Assembly (NCBI GenBank): GCA_964016885.1
Contig: OZ024743.1
Span: 310,000,001-310,064,000 of the forward strand
DNA length: 64,000 nucleotides
Direction: 5' to 3'
From: Eledone cirrhosa
Taxonomy: Eukaryota
The notes under the pieces are model-generated. The model saw only the letters and a list, made by a program, of their open reading frames with translations, was not told the DNA's origin and did not search any database. A program made the translations under genes and the position numbers. Shown one piece after another: positions 25,200 to 40,581 of this stretch. How positions within the stretch are numbered: the first letter of the stretch is position 1; each line of letters starts with the position of its first letter.

Positions 25200-25750
25200 G
25201 AATTTGTTTAGGAAACTCCAACTATATCTAGTCGGTAGCATTGAATTGTCAAGGTTTTCTCCCTTCCGAAACCTATTTGGGGTCTCGGGATGCGCAATCT
25301 TTATATTTTTATATGACTATCCCACATTTCCCCGGATAGGTCGTAGGCTGATCGCCAAATATTACTGCATGAAATGGAGACTGCAATATATTTTTCGAAC
25401 AGGCCTCTCTATCTAAGGCCTGAACGCACGCGAAGGACGATGTGGTATGGTTCATTTTCTTACCCCTCACCATATTTCAGTTTTGGTGGTCTTATCCGCG
25501 CCAGTCACCAATTTGGTACTTTCACAAATCTGGAAAGACTAGTAGTTAATAGAGGAGGTCTTTACTCGCCTCGTCATAGCTCTTCCTCCATCTCCCCCCG
25601 TAATTAACCGGTCTTTCTCTGGGGCTGCTTATTCGACCGGCAGGAGCCCACTTATATCACAACTAACCATCATATCCGCCACCTGCGACCCGTTTTCTAG
25701 ACGAACAGATCTTGAAATGACTTCTAGAGGACCAGAACTGTTTCATCTGT
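25200..25750 (+). mobile_element. Possible highly degenerate PLE GIY-YIG fragment (duplicate at ~37650-38200)
   Basis: AKYYCMKWRLQYIFRTGLSI*GLNA loosely fits the CxxC..QYIGxTG..RLNxH pattern; weak. Confidence 0.3.
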
Positions 25751-26027
25751 ATATGTATATATATATATATATATTGCGAGATCTCGAATAGGCTATAAGT
25801 TCAAGATATATATAGACATACATATTGTGTCGTGTGTACTATTATTAGTATTATATAAAATAAAATAAGAAAGAAATTGGGCAGAAATGTATATTGTTAT
25901 TGAAATTAATTATCAAATTATTTCCAGGCTGTTATTGCTGCTCATTTATATTGATATGGTCACCTGAAATAGAAAACCTCATTCAATCATTGTAGTGGAT
26001 ATTCGATCACCTATTAGAAAGGGAGAG

Positions 26028-26058
<31 letters not shown>

Positions 26059-26116
26059 TCATTTTATTACGGCTAGATACGTCTTGTTACACTGGAGCTT
26101 CACATGCTTACACACA

Positions 26117-26214
<98 letters not shown>

Positions 26215-26349
26215 CGAAGGAGGTGTGGAAAAGGAACCAGATGGACCATAACGCACAAGAGTACTCAATACTTAGGGTAGTAGAGTGGGTAATAGGAGAG
26301 TGGGTAATAGCCGTATATATACATATATATATATTTATATATATATATA

Positions 26350-26850
26350 TATATATATGAATGTATATATAGTGTATTTTTCAATACACTGTATGCTTAA
26401 TTAAAAGCATTTCGAAGACCTTATGCTATTGTTTTAGAATAGTGACAGACTCACTGACATTAATTTTCAGCAAAATACACTATATATACATTCATATATA
26501 TATAGCTATTTCAGAGCACCAATTCTAATTTTCAATTTCTGCTTGACCGGCAACCGCTCTGTATAATCAGTTCCTGATTATTTACTAGAATTCTATAAGA
26601 ACCAAACATCCATGATTTCAGGAAAACGGGAGGAGTAGTTGGCTTTGATAAGCATCAATAAATGCGAAACAAGGCCTTGTCAGCTTTATCTCCCCCTGTT
26701 TGCTGAAAATTAAAGTAAGTGAGTCTGTCACTACTCTAAAACAATAGCATAAGGTCTTCGAAATGCTTTTAATTAAGCATACAGTGTATAGCAAAATACA
26801 CTATATATACATTCATATATATATATATAGCTATTTCAGAGCACCAATTC

Positions 26851-26857
<7 letters not shown>
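26350..26857 (+). mobile_element. Retrozyme-like non-coding element family D: 321 bp unit plus partial tandem repeat plus inverted 5' piece; duplicate at 38800-39307
   Basis: Direct repeats 26469-26533 / 26790-26857; 26385-26474 is inverted to 26699-26789; internal hammerhead; (TA)n flanks. Confidence 0.78.
26632..26693 (+). ncRNA. Type I hammerhead ribozyme, U3-A8 core variant (duplicate at 39082-39143)
   Basis: GGCT-TTGATAA-GCAT caataa ATGC-GAAA-CAAGGCCTTG-TC-AGCT; GUC triplet; stem I extended by GGAG/CTCC. Confidence 0.8.
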
Positions 26858-26889
<32 letters not shown>

Positions 26890-26896
<7 letters not shown>

Positions 26897-28074
26897 GAGG
26901 TATCCACTGCAAGTTGTGGGGTCTATTCTGTATGAAGAACTCAATGTAATCCATATGTTGAAAATGTTGTAGGTTAAGATAAATCTCAGAAAACAATAAA
27001 ACATGAAAAGGAAAACAGAGTCATGATATAAGTTAAAACAATGAAATAAAAAATCAAGTCATTAGCGATATACTTCACTGTTTTACGATCGTTTCTAGAT
27101 GGTGATAATACATTGTATCTATACTTAGTAATTGATCTATGTAAGTTTACAAACTATCAGATAGAGATAATATTTACCTACATGCATATCACCAGCTGTT
27201 TTCAAAAGCAATAATAATTTTATTCAATAATAATTTTACTCAGAATTAGTATCATGTCCATATTTGGAGGTAGTTGAAGAACTAACGAATCAAATTGTTT
27301 TTTTCATATGGTGTTAAGATGAAAAGTAATACACTTTAGTTGAGGTCATGAACCTTTAAAAGGAATGGTTGAAAGGTGTTAGTATAAATGGCATACATAT
27401 CTATTAAGAAGGAGGGGATTGTCAAACTGATAGTTGAATGTATCTTGTATAGTGAATTTAAAAGGAATGTCAAAATAAATGGTGATTAGTGTTGTATTGA
27501 GTTTTAAGGTGAATATACATTAATGTTATGGCTAGGAAAGATAGTATATTAAAAGATGAAAATTATAATAAGATAATGTGATATAGTAATGCGATAATAT
27601 ACAACTTTCCAACAGCATATAGTACGGTGTGGTAAATTGCACTCAGTATAATATAACATTATACGCTCTAAAATATTACTAAGTATGTTTATGCATAAAC
27701 AATCAAACTCAGATAAGTACATTTGGCATAGTTAAAACACATAAATTGCATAGTCTACAAAGTGCACATATTCACACCACATATCGAGGGAGGTACAGTT
27801 ATATTGATATCTAACCAAAATGTAGATACGTGCAAATAGATGCAAACCTAAATACACATCCACACGATGCATATAATCATATATATACATATCCATATAT
27901 ATCTATATCCACACATACACATGTATACCCCCATATATACATATACAGATACATACACATATACACACACACATATATATATATATACACACACATACAT
28001 ATATACATGTACATACATATAGACACACATACATACACACATACATATATACATACACATATACACATATATAC

Positions 28075-28107
<33 letters not shown>

Positions 28108-28260
28108 CATATATATACACATACATACACACACACATATATATATATATACATAAACAACACACACACACAGACACACATATATATATATACACACCCA
28201 TATATGTATATATATATATATATATATACGGGAATACAGGAAAATACCACTGAGTGAACA
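26890..28260 (-). mobile_element. Non-coding repeat family E (pLTR-like, hammerhead at 27077-27212, tail to 26890); duplicate at 39364-40734
   Basis: 27030-28260 is the reverse complement homologue of ~50880-52021; carries a U3-A8 hammerhead-like motif. Confidence 0.68.
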
Positions 28261-28879
28261 CATTGATACCTGTGCCGCCCAAATCATCCCAACTTCAGAA
28301 TCTCTCCCCTCTACAAATTTAAAGATAATGCCACCCACACCCAGCGCATCAGCAAGGAATCTCACTTTATTAACAAATACGGACCCCGTCTAAACACTTC
28401 TCCCTAAGACGAACCCACAACATACACACGTCAACATACATACCTACATCAGCATACATCCTACATACATCTCTATCCACATATAAACACAATGACATAC
28501 GTAAACACACATGTTCTATGGTACAACACAAATATACACAAATTTGTATACCTTTTGATGTCTATAGATATAAACGTGCCGACACACACACATACATATA
28601 CGCACACATGCATTGCACACTGATGGGCACATACATATTTGTACACAAGTATTCCAATACGGCAAGGCGTAATGGATTCCCCTTGCAGTACGTACAATCT
28701 GGACACTCACACACACCTTGGTATTATGCCAATACTATATATCATTTCACACCTTTTATTATTACGGTTTTTGATGTTCTATTGAGAGAATCGTTTTTAC
28801 TGAAAATATCGAATAATGTACACCATTTTTACCAGTATCACAAAAATACTGGTCCACCCACACACACACATACACACAT

Positions 28880-28912
<33 letters not shown>

Positions 28913-30013
28913 TACACACGCGTACTCTAATATACAAAGAGACATACACACACACACACACACACACACACTTCTCCGTATAAGACAAGAGCTGAAAAAT
29001 ATCTTTTAACGATATTCAACACAACAAACAGCGGAGGACGCGTTTCGCACCTTTCCGACAGACAACCTTTCCCCCACCCCGGAAAAAAACCCCAGTTGAT
29101 GGATGTGAATCCGAAATATATAGGGACAATTAAATCTCTCCCAAGGTAACTCTCTCTCGTGTTCTTATTTTTATTTTATCCTTTATACTCTTTCCTTCAT
29201 TCTTCTACACGTCTTATACACACCACGCATCTCAACGTACACCCACTTACATATCCCTCTCTCCACCACCGGATCTTGTTACCCGGAGATTTACCCATTT
29301 GCATTGTCGAGGCTTCCAAACGACTTAAAGATATTTACCTATTATTCAACAATGCTTCAAGCAAACTTCAATAATCTTTTAACATGTTAAAATATTCCCC
29401 ACACACGTACAGACACATTCCTACTGACCGATCCCTCTACTACGAATTACTCTGCTACACACACACACACACACACACACTTGTCTTAATAGGCATCTGA
29501 ACTGTTGACCCGTCAATAAACTGCAATTCACACACACATGCCTACTGACCATTATCACAACAATGAACCTCTTTACTACTACTACACACACACACACATA
29601 TTTGTCTTAAAAGACTTATTTTTCAGTGACTTCTCAATCAGCCGAGACAAACCTACATTTGGCGCAAAATCAATTTTTAACATTCACATGAACTCTACTG
29701 ACCAATCAAAATTGTTTTGACCACAAGAATTTTTGCAACACGAATTGGCGCGAAACTTATTTTAATACATCTGGAGCCACTTTTTTCACATAAAAAAGGT
29801 AGAATTTCCAAAACTAATCAGATTAGAGCAAACATCACGGGCGCTCTATCTCAAAATTATTTTTGAAAAGCATTAACAATGCGCAAGCGGTAAAAACTTA
29901 AAACCAAAACTGAATACTAACCAATACTATTACTAATTTTTACTTATTCCTAATTAAACTATTTTTCACTGGGAACAATTTGTCAGCATTTCCTTTTCCT
30001 TTTACCAATATAT

Positions 30014-30058
<45 letters not shown>

Positions 30059-30088
30059 TATACACACATACATACATATACATATACA

Positions 30089-30698
30089 TGGTGGCTGCTA
30101 AATCGTTTTCGAGTACGGCCACTACTTTATATCCATGTAGGAGAACCCCTACCGATACGCTGAACGAGTGTGACTTTTTAGTCCAGCCAGAGACTTGAAA
30201 ACTCTGGTACAAACACTACACCTGTGACAATTATTGATACATAGTGCTGGGCCCATGGTACCATGTGACGACAAGTGGAGAGAGATCTCCAGATATAAAG
30301 CAATGCCTGTGCCGTGAAGCTTTTATAGTGAGCAAAGGCACTGCACAAAGCCAGTCCCACTCTCTTAACCAAGATGATATTTACCAAAAAGAAGAACAAG
30401 TCAACATCATTGGATACCATCAGGGTTGCAGGTGTTATATCAGAGTTTTTCCTTCTCCTAGAATTCTGCCTTGACAAAGGTTAAGGGGTAATATCTCCCG
30501 GTGATTTGGGATGGCCATTGACTCTTAAGAGCTCCTTTGCCCTTTAACAGGTTTTGTTTTTAGTCCTGCAGGATGTCCAAAGTCACCCTCCTCACCAAGA
30601 AACCTTGGTGGGGTTGCCAGTTTAGTCGCCAACGACCCGACCATGACACAGGTTGTACTGGGATACATGTTACCAGTAGCACTAACTGGTGACCTGAC
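30089..30698 (-). mobile_element. Bipartite RTE-derived element, copy 2 (chimera of copies 3 and 1)
   Basis: Matches copy 3 through 30550 and copy 1 from 30647. Confidence 0.85.
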
Positions 30699-31514
30699 AT
30701 ATACATATACACATATATATACATACATACTCAAAATAAAAATAAAGGGAAGGAAGGGGTATTAAAATAGTATGTATGTATATATATGTGTATACGTATA
30801 TATATATGTATATATGTGTATATATGTATGTATATATATATATAATGCATAAAATTGAAAATAAATTTGTATGTATTTCTTTAATATATATATATGTGTG
30901 TATTTATGTGTGCGTGTATATGTACGTGTATGTATATACTCTTTTGTGTCTGTGCTGTGTTTATACGTATGGGATGTGCTTGTATATTTAAATGTATGCG
31001 TATGTGTGTGTATATATGTGTGTGTGTGTATGTACACACACATATATATATATATATATAAATATATACAATATATTTACAAACGGAAACTATATTTATA
31101 AGACGATATTTATTTAATTATAGATATTTCAATGACTACCAAGGCAAATTATGGTGCGCTTTAATCACATAAAATACAGATTAGGTTTATAAATAGATAT
31201 TGACATACCCTGAAAAAGACAACCTTAACGGTTGGAGCTTCTTGGAAGCTCCAACTATTAAGGTTGTCTTTTTTCAGGATCTGTCAATATTTATTTATAA
31301 ATCTAATCTGTATTGTATTTTATCTGATGAAAGCGCACTATAATTTGCTTTGGTAGCCCTTGAAATATGTATAATTATATAAATATGGTTCTATAAATAT
31401 GGTTTTATAAATATAGTTTCCATTTGTTAATATATTGTATATTTACTCCACCAAATTGTTGAGTGCTTTATACAGTTATAACAATTTTTAAGCCAACAAC
31501 TTAAATATAACCTC

Positions 31515-31576
<62 letters not shown>

Positions 31577-31593
31577 TGTGTATATATATATAT

Positions 31594-31625
<32 letters not shown>

Positions 31626-32001
31626 ATATATTTAGTTTTTCTTTTGTGCATTTGCTTACCACGTGCGTTTCGTCATTTATTAAAAGTACCAGTAATGCAC
31701 TGAGTATTTGCTGGCCTTGTGCCAAAATTAGAATCAATTATTATTATTATTATTATTTTTATTTTTATTTTAAATTTTGCCGTCTTGTATCGCTGTCAAC
31801 TTAATAATATTTTTTATTTTTTTATTTTCTTAATCCTTATTTTTTATTTGCTTATTTGTATGTGACGGTCTGCTATGACTATTTATCCTTATTTGTGTGT
31901 GTGCATATGTATCATTTTATATGTTAGTACGTATGCATGTGTGTATATATGTGTGTGTATGTATGTATGTATGTGTATGTATATGTATATGTATATATCT
32001 A

Positions 32002-32096
<95 letters not shown>

Positions 32097-32736
32097 AACA
32101 AGGGGAGAAGAATAATGCGTGGTTGCACATAGATTACCTATTATAAAATTAGTCCCTCATCAGTGATTTGCCAACCATCATTGGTATTTCATCGTATTAA
32201 AAATCAGATACCTCAGGTTGGTGCGAGCAATAACTAAAGTAAGCTATTGGGACAAGTGAAACGCATAAAGCGAGTGAGACAAGTAAACAACAAGAAGGAA
32301 AAGCAAACCGAAGGTTGGAAAAACAGCAAGCAACATGATGGTTATCCTATCAGCATAAGCTGGGTGAATTTCATGAGCGGTCAGAGAAGCAGACCGTACG
32401 CCGTGAACGAGGTGTGAGAAAGAAGGAACCCCACTACTAGCGAACGGGAGGAGGTGAGAAGGGGATAAACAGAGAGTGAGTGAGTGGAAGTGCGAGGAAG
32501 AGGTCAGTTGAGAGAAAGTGTAACTGACAAAGGGGGCGAAAGAAGGTAAGAGAAACAGAGAGAACGGGGGAGCAGTAAGAGAGAAAGAGTGAAAAAGATA
32601 ATCGCAGTCTAGGTAAATATATATGAAAAACAAGGGGAGAATACTGCGTGGTTGCACATGGATTACATATTATAAAATTAGTCCCTCATCAGTGATTTGC
32701 CAACCATCATTGGTATTTCATCGCATTAAAATATAC

Positions 32737-32773
<37 letters not shown>

Positions 32774-32798
32774 TGTGTGTTGGTGTGTTTATGTATGG

Positions 32799-32838
<40 letters not shown>

Positions 32839-33163
32839 GTGTGTGTATATGTGTATCTGGTATATATATGTGTATATATGCGTGTATATATGTATATATA
32901 TATGTGTATATGTGTGTACATGTGAGTGTGTGTGCGTGTGTGCGTGTGTGTGTGTGCGTGTTTGTTGTTATATATTCTTATTTATTATTCCCCCCACCCT
33001 TTTTTTCCTCCAGTCTAACTTTTATATCTGTTTTATTTTTGTTTTTCAAATGCACTGTCAATAAAGACACCAGTATTTTTCCATTCTGATGAATGAAAGC
33101 AATTTTGGTTGCTTTCAAGAAACCACTGGTAAATGAAATAATTATATTATGTTGTTTATTACA

Positions 33164-33209
<46 letters not shown>

Positions 33210-33570
33210 GTATGTGGTTGTGTGTGTATGTTTGTATATGTATGTGTATGTATATGTTTTTACCCATTTGTGTGTATGTATGTATATGTGTGTGTTTGTG
33301 TATATATATATATATATTGGAAAATATGTGTGATCCTTGGTACAGTTAGGTATATTTGAAAAAAAGGAAAATAATGACTTCACTTTTAGTGTTAGAGATT
33401 CCTGGTTAACTTTGTGGGAGAACTTTCTCGCATTCGTCGGTGGCGATTGTCGAACTGAGATTAGGTTGTGTTGAGATGTGTAACTATATATAAGATAGAT
33501 TTGGATGTGTGTGGGCTGTGGGGAGTGGTGTTAGTGAGTGTTGATAATGATGATTTGGAGGAATTAAATG

Positions 33571-33603
<33 letters not shown>

Positions 33604-34030
33604 CACACACACACACATACACACACATACACTCACAAAATGGTGAGGTTGCAAGATTAGGGTGTTTGAGAAGGTAGTTGTAAACAGCCTCTCCAGCTGG
33701 TTTTATTTCATTAGCTAACCGTTGATGAGTATATAATGGCATAGCTGAATCAATTCTCTTAAATTGACAAAGAATATCTTCTACAAATTTCTATATCAAA
33801 GATGAATTTAGGTGCGTGTCTGGGTTTTAATGAGATGTAAGATACATGTCTTTTGATAAGAAAGGGATGACTGGAAAAAGAGAAATAAGGAAACAATGAT
33901 AGTTTTGGAACATTTGTTAAAGATGTGTTGTTGATATTTGATTTGGGAGAGGAAGTATGGTGGGGACATGCTAGCTCACAATTTTACTTGCCTATATGTA
34001 CATGTATCTACATCCCATATATATTACATA

Positions 34031-34124
<94 letters not shown>

Positions 34125-34127
34125 CAT

Positions 34128-34196
<69 letters not shown>

Positions 34197-34342
34197 CATA
34201 CACACATATAAATACACACACATATACCCACACACACATTTTATATATAATATATATATACACACCATATATATATATATGTATATATATTATATACACA
34301 CATACATATTTTATATATATTCATATATATATATATATATCC

Positions 34343-34403
<61 letters not shown>

Positions 34404-35246
34404 CGGCTATGAATTAGTTTTGCGAGGTTTTTGATATGAAAACGTGTGTCGAAACAAATATTGTTATACTTGGGGAGGGTCATATTTGTGTAATAATATT
34501 GACAGAATTAATAACAGAACACACTCACTGTTTGGTTTGTTTTCGCTTCTGTGTCTTTTATATCGGTTAATTTAATTTACAACAACACGACGGTAACATA
34601 AACAACATAGAAATTAGAATAATATCTAAACATAGAAATGACCCAGCAGAATGGGCAAATCAGAGAGGCCAGCGAAATAGAACTTAAAAGGCCAAGGCTA
34701 AACAGAAAAAAATGAATGGAATAACAACAACACCCAAACAAACAATACTGACCTAAGAGAAGTATAAATAAAAAAATAAATACATACACAAGCACAATAA
34801 CAACAAACACATATAAACACACACTAGTAAACTAAGATAGAATACAGTAACCAATACACAGTCACCCAAACACGAACACACATCAAACACTACACACACA
34901 CGCAAACGCATGCGCAGAGAAGACAAAAAGAATAAATAAATAAACAGACTAAATGAAGATGGCGTAGGCATACAATACAACGGGGGAAACATAATAGAAC
35001 CACTGACGATGTTGCAGATGTGCAGCGAAAGAATTTTGTTAAACTATTTATATGTGTTTGTGTCTATATTGTATCTGTATTTTTTACCGTTGGTCAGTTA
35101 ATGGTAACATTGAGGACCGAATAAATTAAATTAATCGATATAAAAGACACAGAAGCGAAAACCACCCAAACAGTGAGTGTGTTCTGTTATTAATTCTGGC
35201 AATATTATTACACAAATATGACCCTCCCTATATCTCACTCTCTCTC

Positions 35247-35389
<143 letters not shown>

Positions 35390-37279
35390 ATATAGTAATA
35401 ATAATAAAATTGAAGACTAAAATCCAAAGAGGACTCGATAAGGAAAATATATATCAAATATATAAGAACCGTAGAGCCAATATTTATTAAAATAACAGAT
35501 TAAAGTTTAAGCAAAGAATCGCTGCTTTCACCCTTAACGGGATCTTCTGAAACTAACAAAGTCAATCTGTAAACGCAGAACTGGATATTTCACAAAACGT
35601 TGCAACCGGAGGAAGACAGGAAGACGATACTTTGGTTCGTGGAAATGTTCGCTGGCAAAGAACGGGAAAAAACGAATAATACGTCATTAATAGGAGCAGT
35701 GAAAAACAATTACGCGCAAAGACAGAACCACGTTTATGGTATAAAAGAGGTCGTAGACTAATGTTCTCTTAGGTGGTGCATAGAGACGTTCTCTGGCAAT
35801 GAACGAAAAAACGAAGATAATAAGTCATATGTGGAGCGTTGAGAACAAAGCACGCAAAGACAAAACCACGTAAATGGTATAGCAGAAGTCGTAGACTAAA
35901 ATTATAACTAGGAGACCAAATGAATCTCCGCTGTAATACAGGAAAGTTTTGTGCAATTTAAGTTGCACAAAACTTTCCTGTATTACAACCGCACGTTATA
36001 CCCTAACGGATAGCACGATCTATACGTGGATTCTTTACGTTTTGATGTGGGAGCTAAGTATATGTTTTGTTTATTCCTTTACTTATTTGCATAGGTAAGT
36101 ATATATTACCCGTATGTTTTGTGAAGGTATGTATACCTTCTCGTACGTATATTTGACTGGTATGGCGTATAATTTTTACATATTCTGGTATTTAGGGTTT
36201 GGCTATGTGTATACAGGAGTTTTGCGTCTGCGTGAGTATGCAGGTTCGTACGTATGGTGGGTGTGTGTATATGTGTACTTCTTGTTTTAGTTGACTTACG
36301 TCTCCGAATATTTGTGTATTTATATGTAGGTGTGTGTGTGTGCTTGTTATATACGTATTTATTTACTTATATACGTTTATATAATTATTTATTTATTTGT
36401 ACACAAGCATACACACACACACATATTTATAGGTGCGTGGTTTTGTATACCTATGGTAAGGTTTTGCGTATACTTGTGTATGTACGTATCTGTTTGCGTG
36501 TATGTATTTATTCGTTTCTATTACTTCTGTATTGTATTTATTTACTTTGTTCTTAACTCTGTAGCGGAGATTCATTTGGTCTCCTAGTTAGAATTTTAGT
36601 CTACGACTTCTGCTATACCATTTACGTGGTTTTGTCTTTGAATGCTTTGTTCTCCACGCTCCACATATGACTTATTATCTTCGTTTTTTCGTTCATTGCC
36701 AGAGAACGTCTCTATGCACCACCTAAGAGAACATTAGTCTACGACCTCTTTTATACCATAAACGTGGTTCTGTCTTTGCGCGTAATTGTTTTTCACTGCT
36801 CCTATTAATGACGTATTATTCGTTTTTTCCCGTTCTTTGCCAGCGAACATTTCCACGAACCAAAGTATCGTCTTCCTGTCTTCCTCTGGTTGCAACGTTT
36901 TTTGAAATATCCAGTTCTGCGTTTACAGTTGACTTTGTTAGTTTCAGAAGATCCCGTTAAGGGTGAAAGCAGCGATTCTTTGCTTAAACTTTAATCTGTT
37001 ATTTTAATAAATATATATATATATAAATATCATACACATACATATATATACACCATATACACACACATATATTTTAGATACACATATATATACATCCTAT
37101 ACATATACCATATAATATATTTTACATATATACTATACATACATTTTATATATACTCTATATATATGTTATATACATACCATACATATATCTTACATATA
37201 TATCACATACATCCTATATATATATTGTATATATCTTATACATATATCATACATACCCCATATATACGTATATATCTCT

Positions 37280-37383
<104 letters not shown>

Positions 37384-37450
37384 CGATACATATATATATA
37401 TATATATTTTAGTAAGTAAGTTAATTTTATAATTTTCTTAATTTACGTCT

Positions 37451-37530
<80 letters not shown>

Positions 37531-37533
37531 CGA

Positions 37534-37575
<42 letters not shown>

Positions 37576-38474
37576 CGATACATATATATATATATCCCAT
37601 ACATTAGTTTCCATCCTCCATCCAAATTTACAGTATTAGAACCATGGAATTTGTTTAGGAAACTCCAACTATATCTAGTCGGTAGCATTGAATTGTCAAG
37701 GTTTTCTCCCTTCCGAAACCTATTTGGGGTCTCGGGATGCGCAATCTTTATATTTTTATATGACTATCCCACATTTCCCCGGATAGGTCGTAGGCTGATC
37801 GCCAAATATTACTGCATGAAATGGAGACTGCAATATATTTTTCGAACAGGCCTCTCTATCTAAGGCCTGAACGCACGCGAAGGACGATGTGGTATGGTTC
37901 ATTTTCTTACCCCTCACCATATTTCAGTTTTGGTGGTCTTATCCGCGCCAGTCACCAATTTGGTACTTTCACAAATCTGGAAAGACTAGTAGTTAATAGA
38001 GGAGGTCTTTACTCGCCTCGTCATAGCTCTTCCTCCATCTCCCCCCGTAATTAACCGGTCTTTCTCTGGGGCTGCTTATTCGACCGGCAGGAGCCCACTT
38101 ATATCACAACTAACCATCATATCCGCCACCTGCGACCCGTTTTCTAGACGAACAGATCTTGAAATGACTTCTAGAGGACCAGAACTGTTTCATCTGTATA
38201 TGTATATATATATATATATATTGCGAGATCTCGAATAGGCTATAAGTTCAAGATATATATAGACATACATATTGTGTCGTGTGTACTATTATTAGTATTA
38301 TATAAAATAAAATAAGAAAGAAATTGGGCAGAAATGTATATTGTTATTGAAATTAATTATCAAATTATTTCCAGGCTGTTATTGCTGCTCATTTATATTG
38401 ATATGGTCACCTGAAATAGAAAACCTCATTCAATCATTGTAGTGGATATTCGATCACCTATTAGAAAGGGAGAG

Positions 38475-38505
<31 letters not shown>

Positions 38506-38567
38506 TCATTTTATTACGGCTAGATACGTCTTGTTACACTGGAGCTTCACATGCTTACACACACACA

Positions 38568-38664
<97 letters not shown>

Positions 38665-39300
38665 CGAAGGAGGTGTGGAAAAGGAACCAGATGGACCATA
38701 ACGCACAAGAGTACTCAATACTTAGGGTAGTAGAGTGGGTAATAGGAGAGTGGGTAATAGCCGTATATATACATATATATATATTTATATATATATATAT
38801 ATATATATGAATGTATATATAGTGTATTTTTCAATACACTGTATGCTTAATTAAAAGCATTTCGAAGACCTTATGCTATTGTTTTAGAATAGTGACAGAC
38901 TCACTGACATTAATTTTCAGCAAAATACACTATATATACATTCATATATATATAGCTATTTCAGAGCACCAATTCTAATTTTCAATTTCTGCTTGACCGG
39001 CAACCGCTCTGTATAATCAGTTCCTGATTATTTACTAGAATTCTATAAGAACCAAACATCCATGATTTCAGGAAAACGGGAGGAGTAGTTGGCTTTGATA
39101 AGCATCAATAAATGCGAAACAAGGCCTTGTCAGCTTTATCTCCCCCTGTTTGCTGAAAATTAAAGTAAGTGAGTCTGTCACTACTCTAAAACAATAGCAT
39201 AAGGTCTTCGAAATGCTTTTAATTAAGCATACAGTGTATAGCAAAATACACTATATATACATTCATATATATATATATAGCTATTTCAGAGCACCAATTC

Positions 39301-39370
<70 letters not shown>

Positions 39371-40548
39371 GAGGTATCCACTGCAAGTTGTGGGGTCTAT
39401 TCTGTATGAAGAACTCAATGTAATCCATATGTTGAAAATGTTGTAGGTTAAGATAAATCTCAGAAAACAATAAAACATGAAAAGGAAAACAGAGTCATGA
39501 TATAAGTTAAAACAATGAAATAAAAAATCAAGTCATTAGCGATATACTTCACTGTTTTACGATCGTTTCTAGATGGTGATAATACATTGTATCTATACTT
39601 AGTAATTGATCTATGTAAGTTTACAAACTATCAGATAGAGATAATATTTACCTACATGCATATCACCAGCTGTTTTCAAAAGCAATAATAATTTTATTCA
39701 ATAATAATTTTACTCAGAATTAGTATCATGTCCATATTTGGAGGTAGTTGAAGAACTAACGAATCAAATTGTTTTTTTCATATGGTGTTAAGATGAAAAG
39801 TAATACACTTTAGTTGAGGTCATGAACCTTTAAAAGGAATGGTTGAAAGGTGTTAGTATAAATGGCATACATATCTATTAAGAAGGAGGGGATTGTCAAA
39901 CTGATAGTTGAATGTATCTTGTATAGTGAATTTAAAAGGAATGTCAAAATAAATGGTGATTAGTGTTGTATTGAGTTTTAAGGTGAATATACATTAATGT
40001 TATGGCTAGGAAAGATAGTATATTAAAAGATGAAAATTATAATAAGATAATGTGATATAGTAATGCGATAATATACAACTTTCCAACATCATATAGTACG
40101 GTGTGGTAAATTGCACTCAGTATAATATAACATTATACGCTCTAAAATATTACTAAGTATGTTTATGCATAAACAATCAAACTCAGATAAGTACATTTGG
40201 CATAGTTAAAACACATAAATTGCATAGTCTACAAAGTGCACATATTCACACCACATATCGAGGGAGGTACAGTTATATTGATATCTAACCAAAATGTAGA
40301 TACGTGCAAATAGATGCAAACCTAAATACACATCCACACGATGCATATAATCATATATATACATATCCATATATATCTATATCCACACATACACATGTAT
40401 ACCCCCATATATACATATACAGATACATACACATATACACACACACATATATATATATATACACACACATACATATATACATGTACATACATATAGACAC
40501 ACATACATACACACATACATATATACATACACATATACACATATATAC

Positions 40549-40581
<33 letters not shown>

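Noticed and set aside
29025-29065. Minus-strand GAAACGCGTC, a typical PLE hammerhead half
   Set aside because: No matching core and stem I found upstream.
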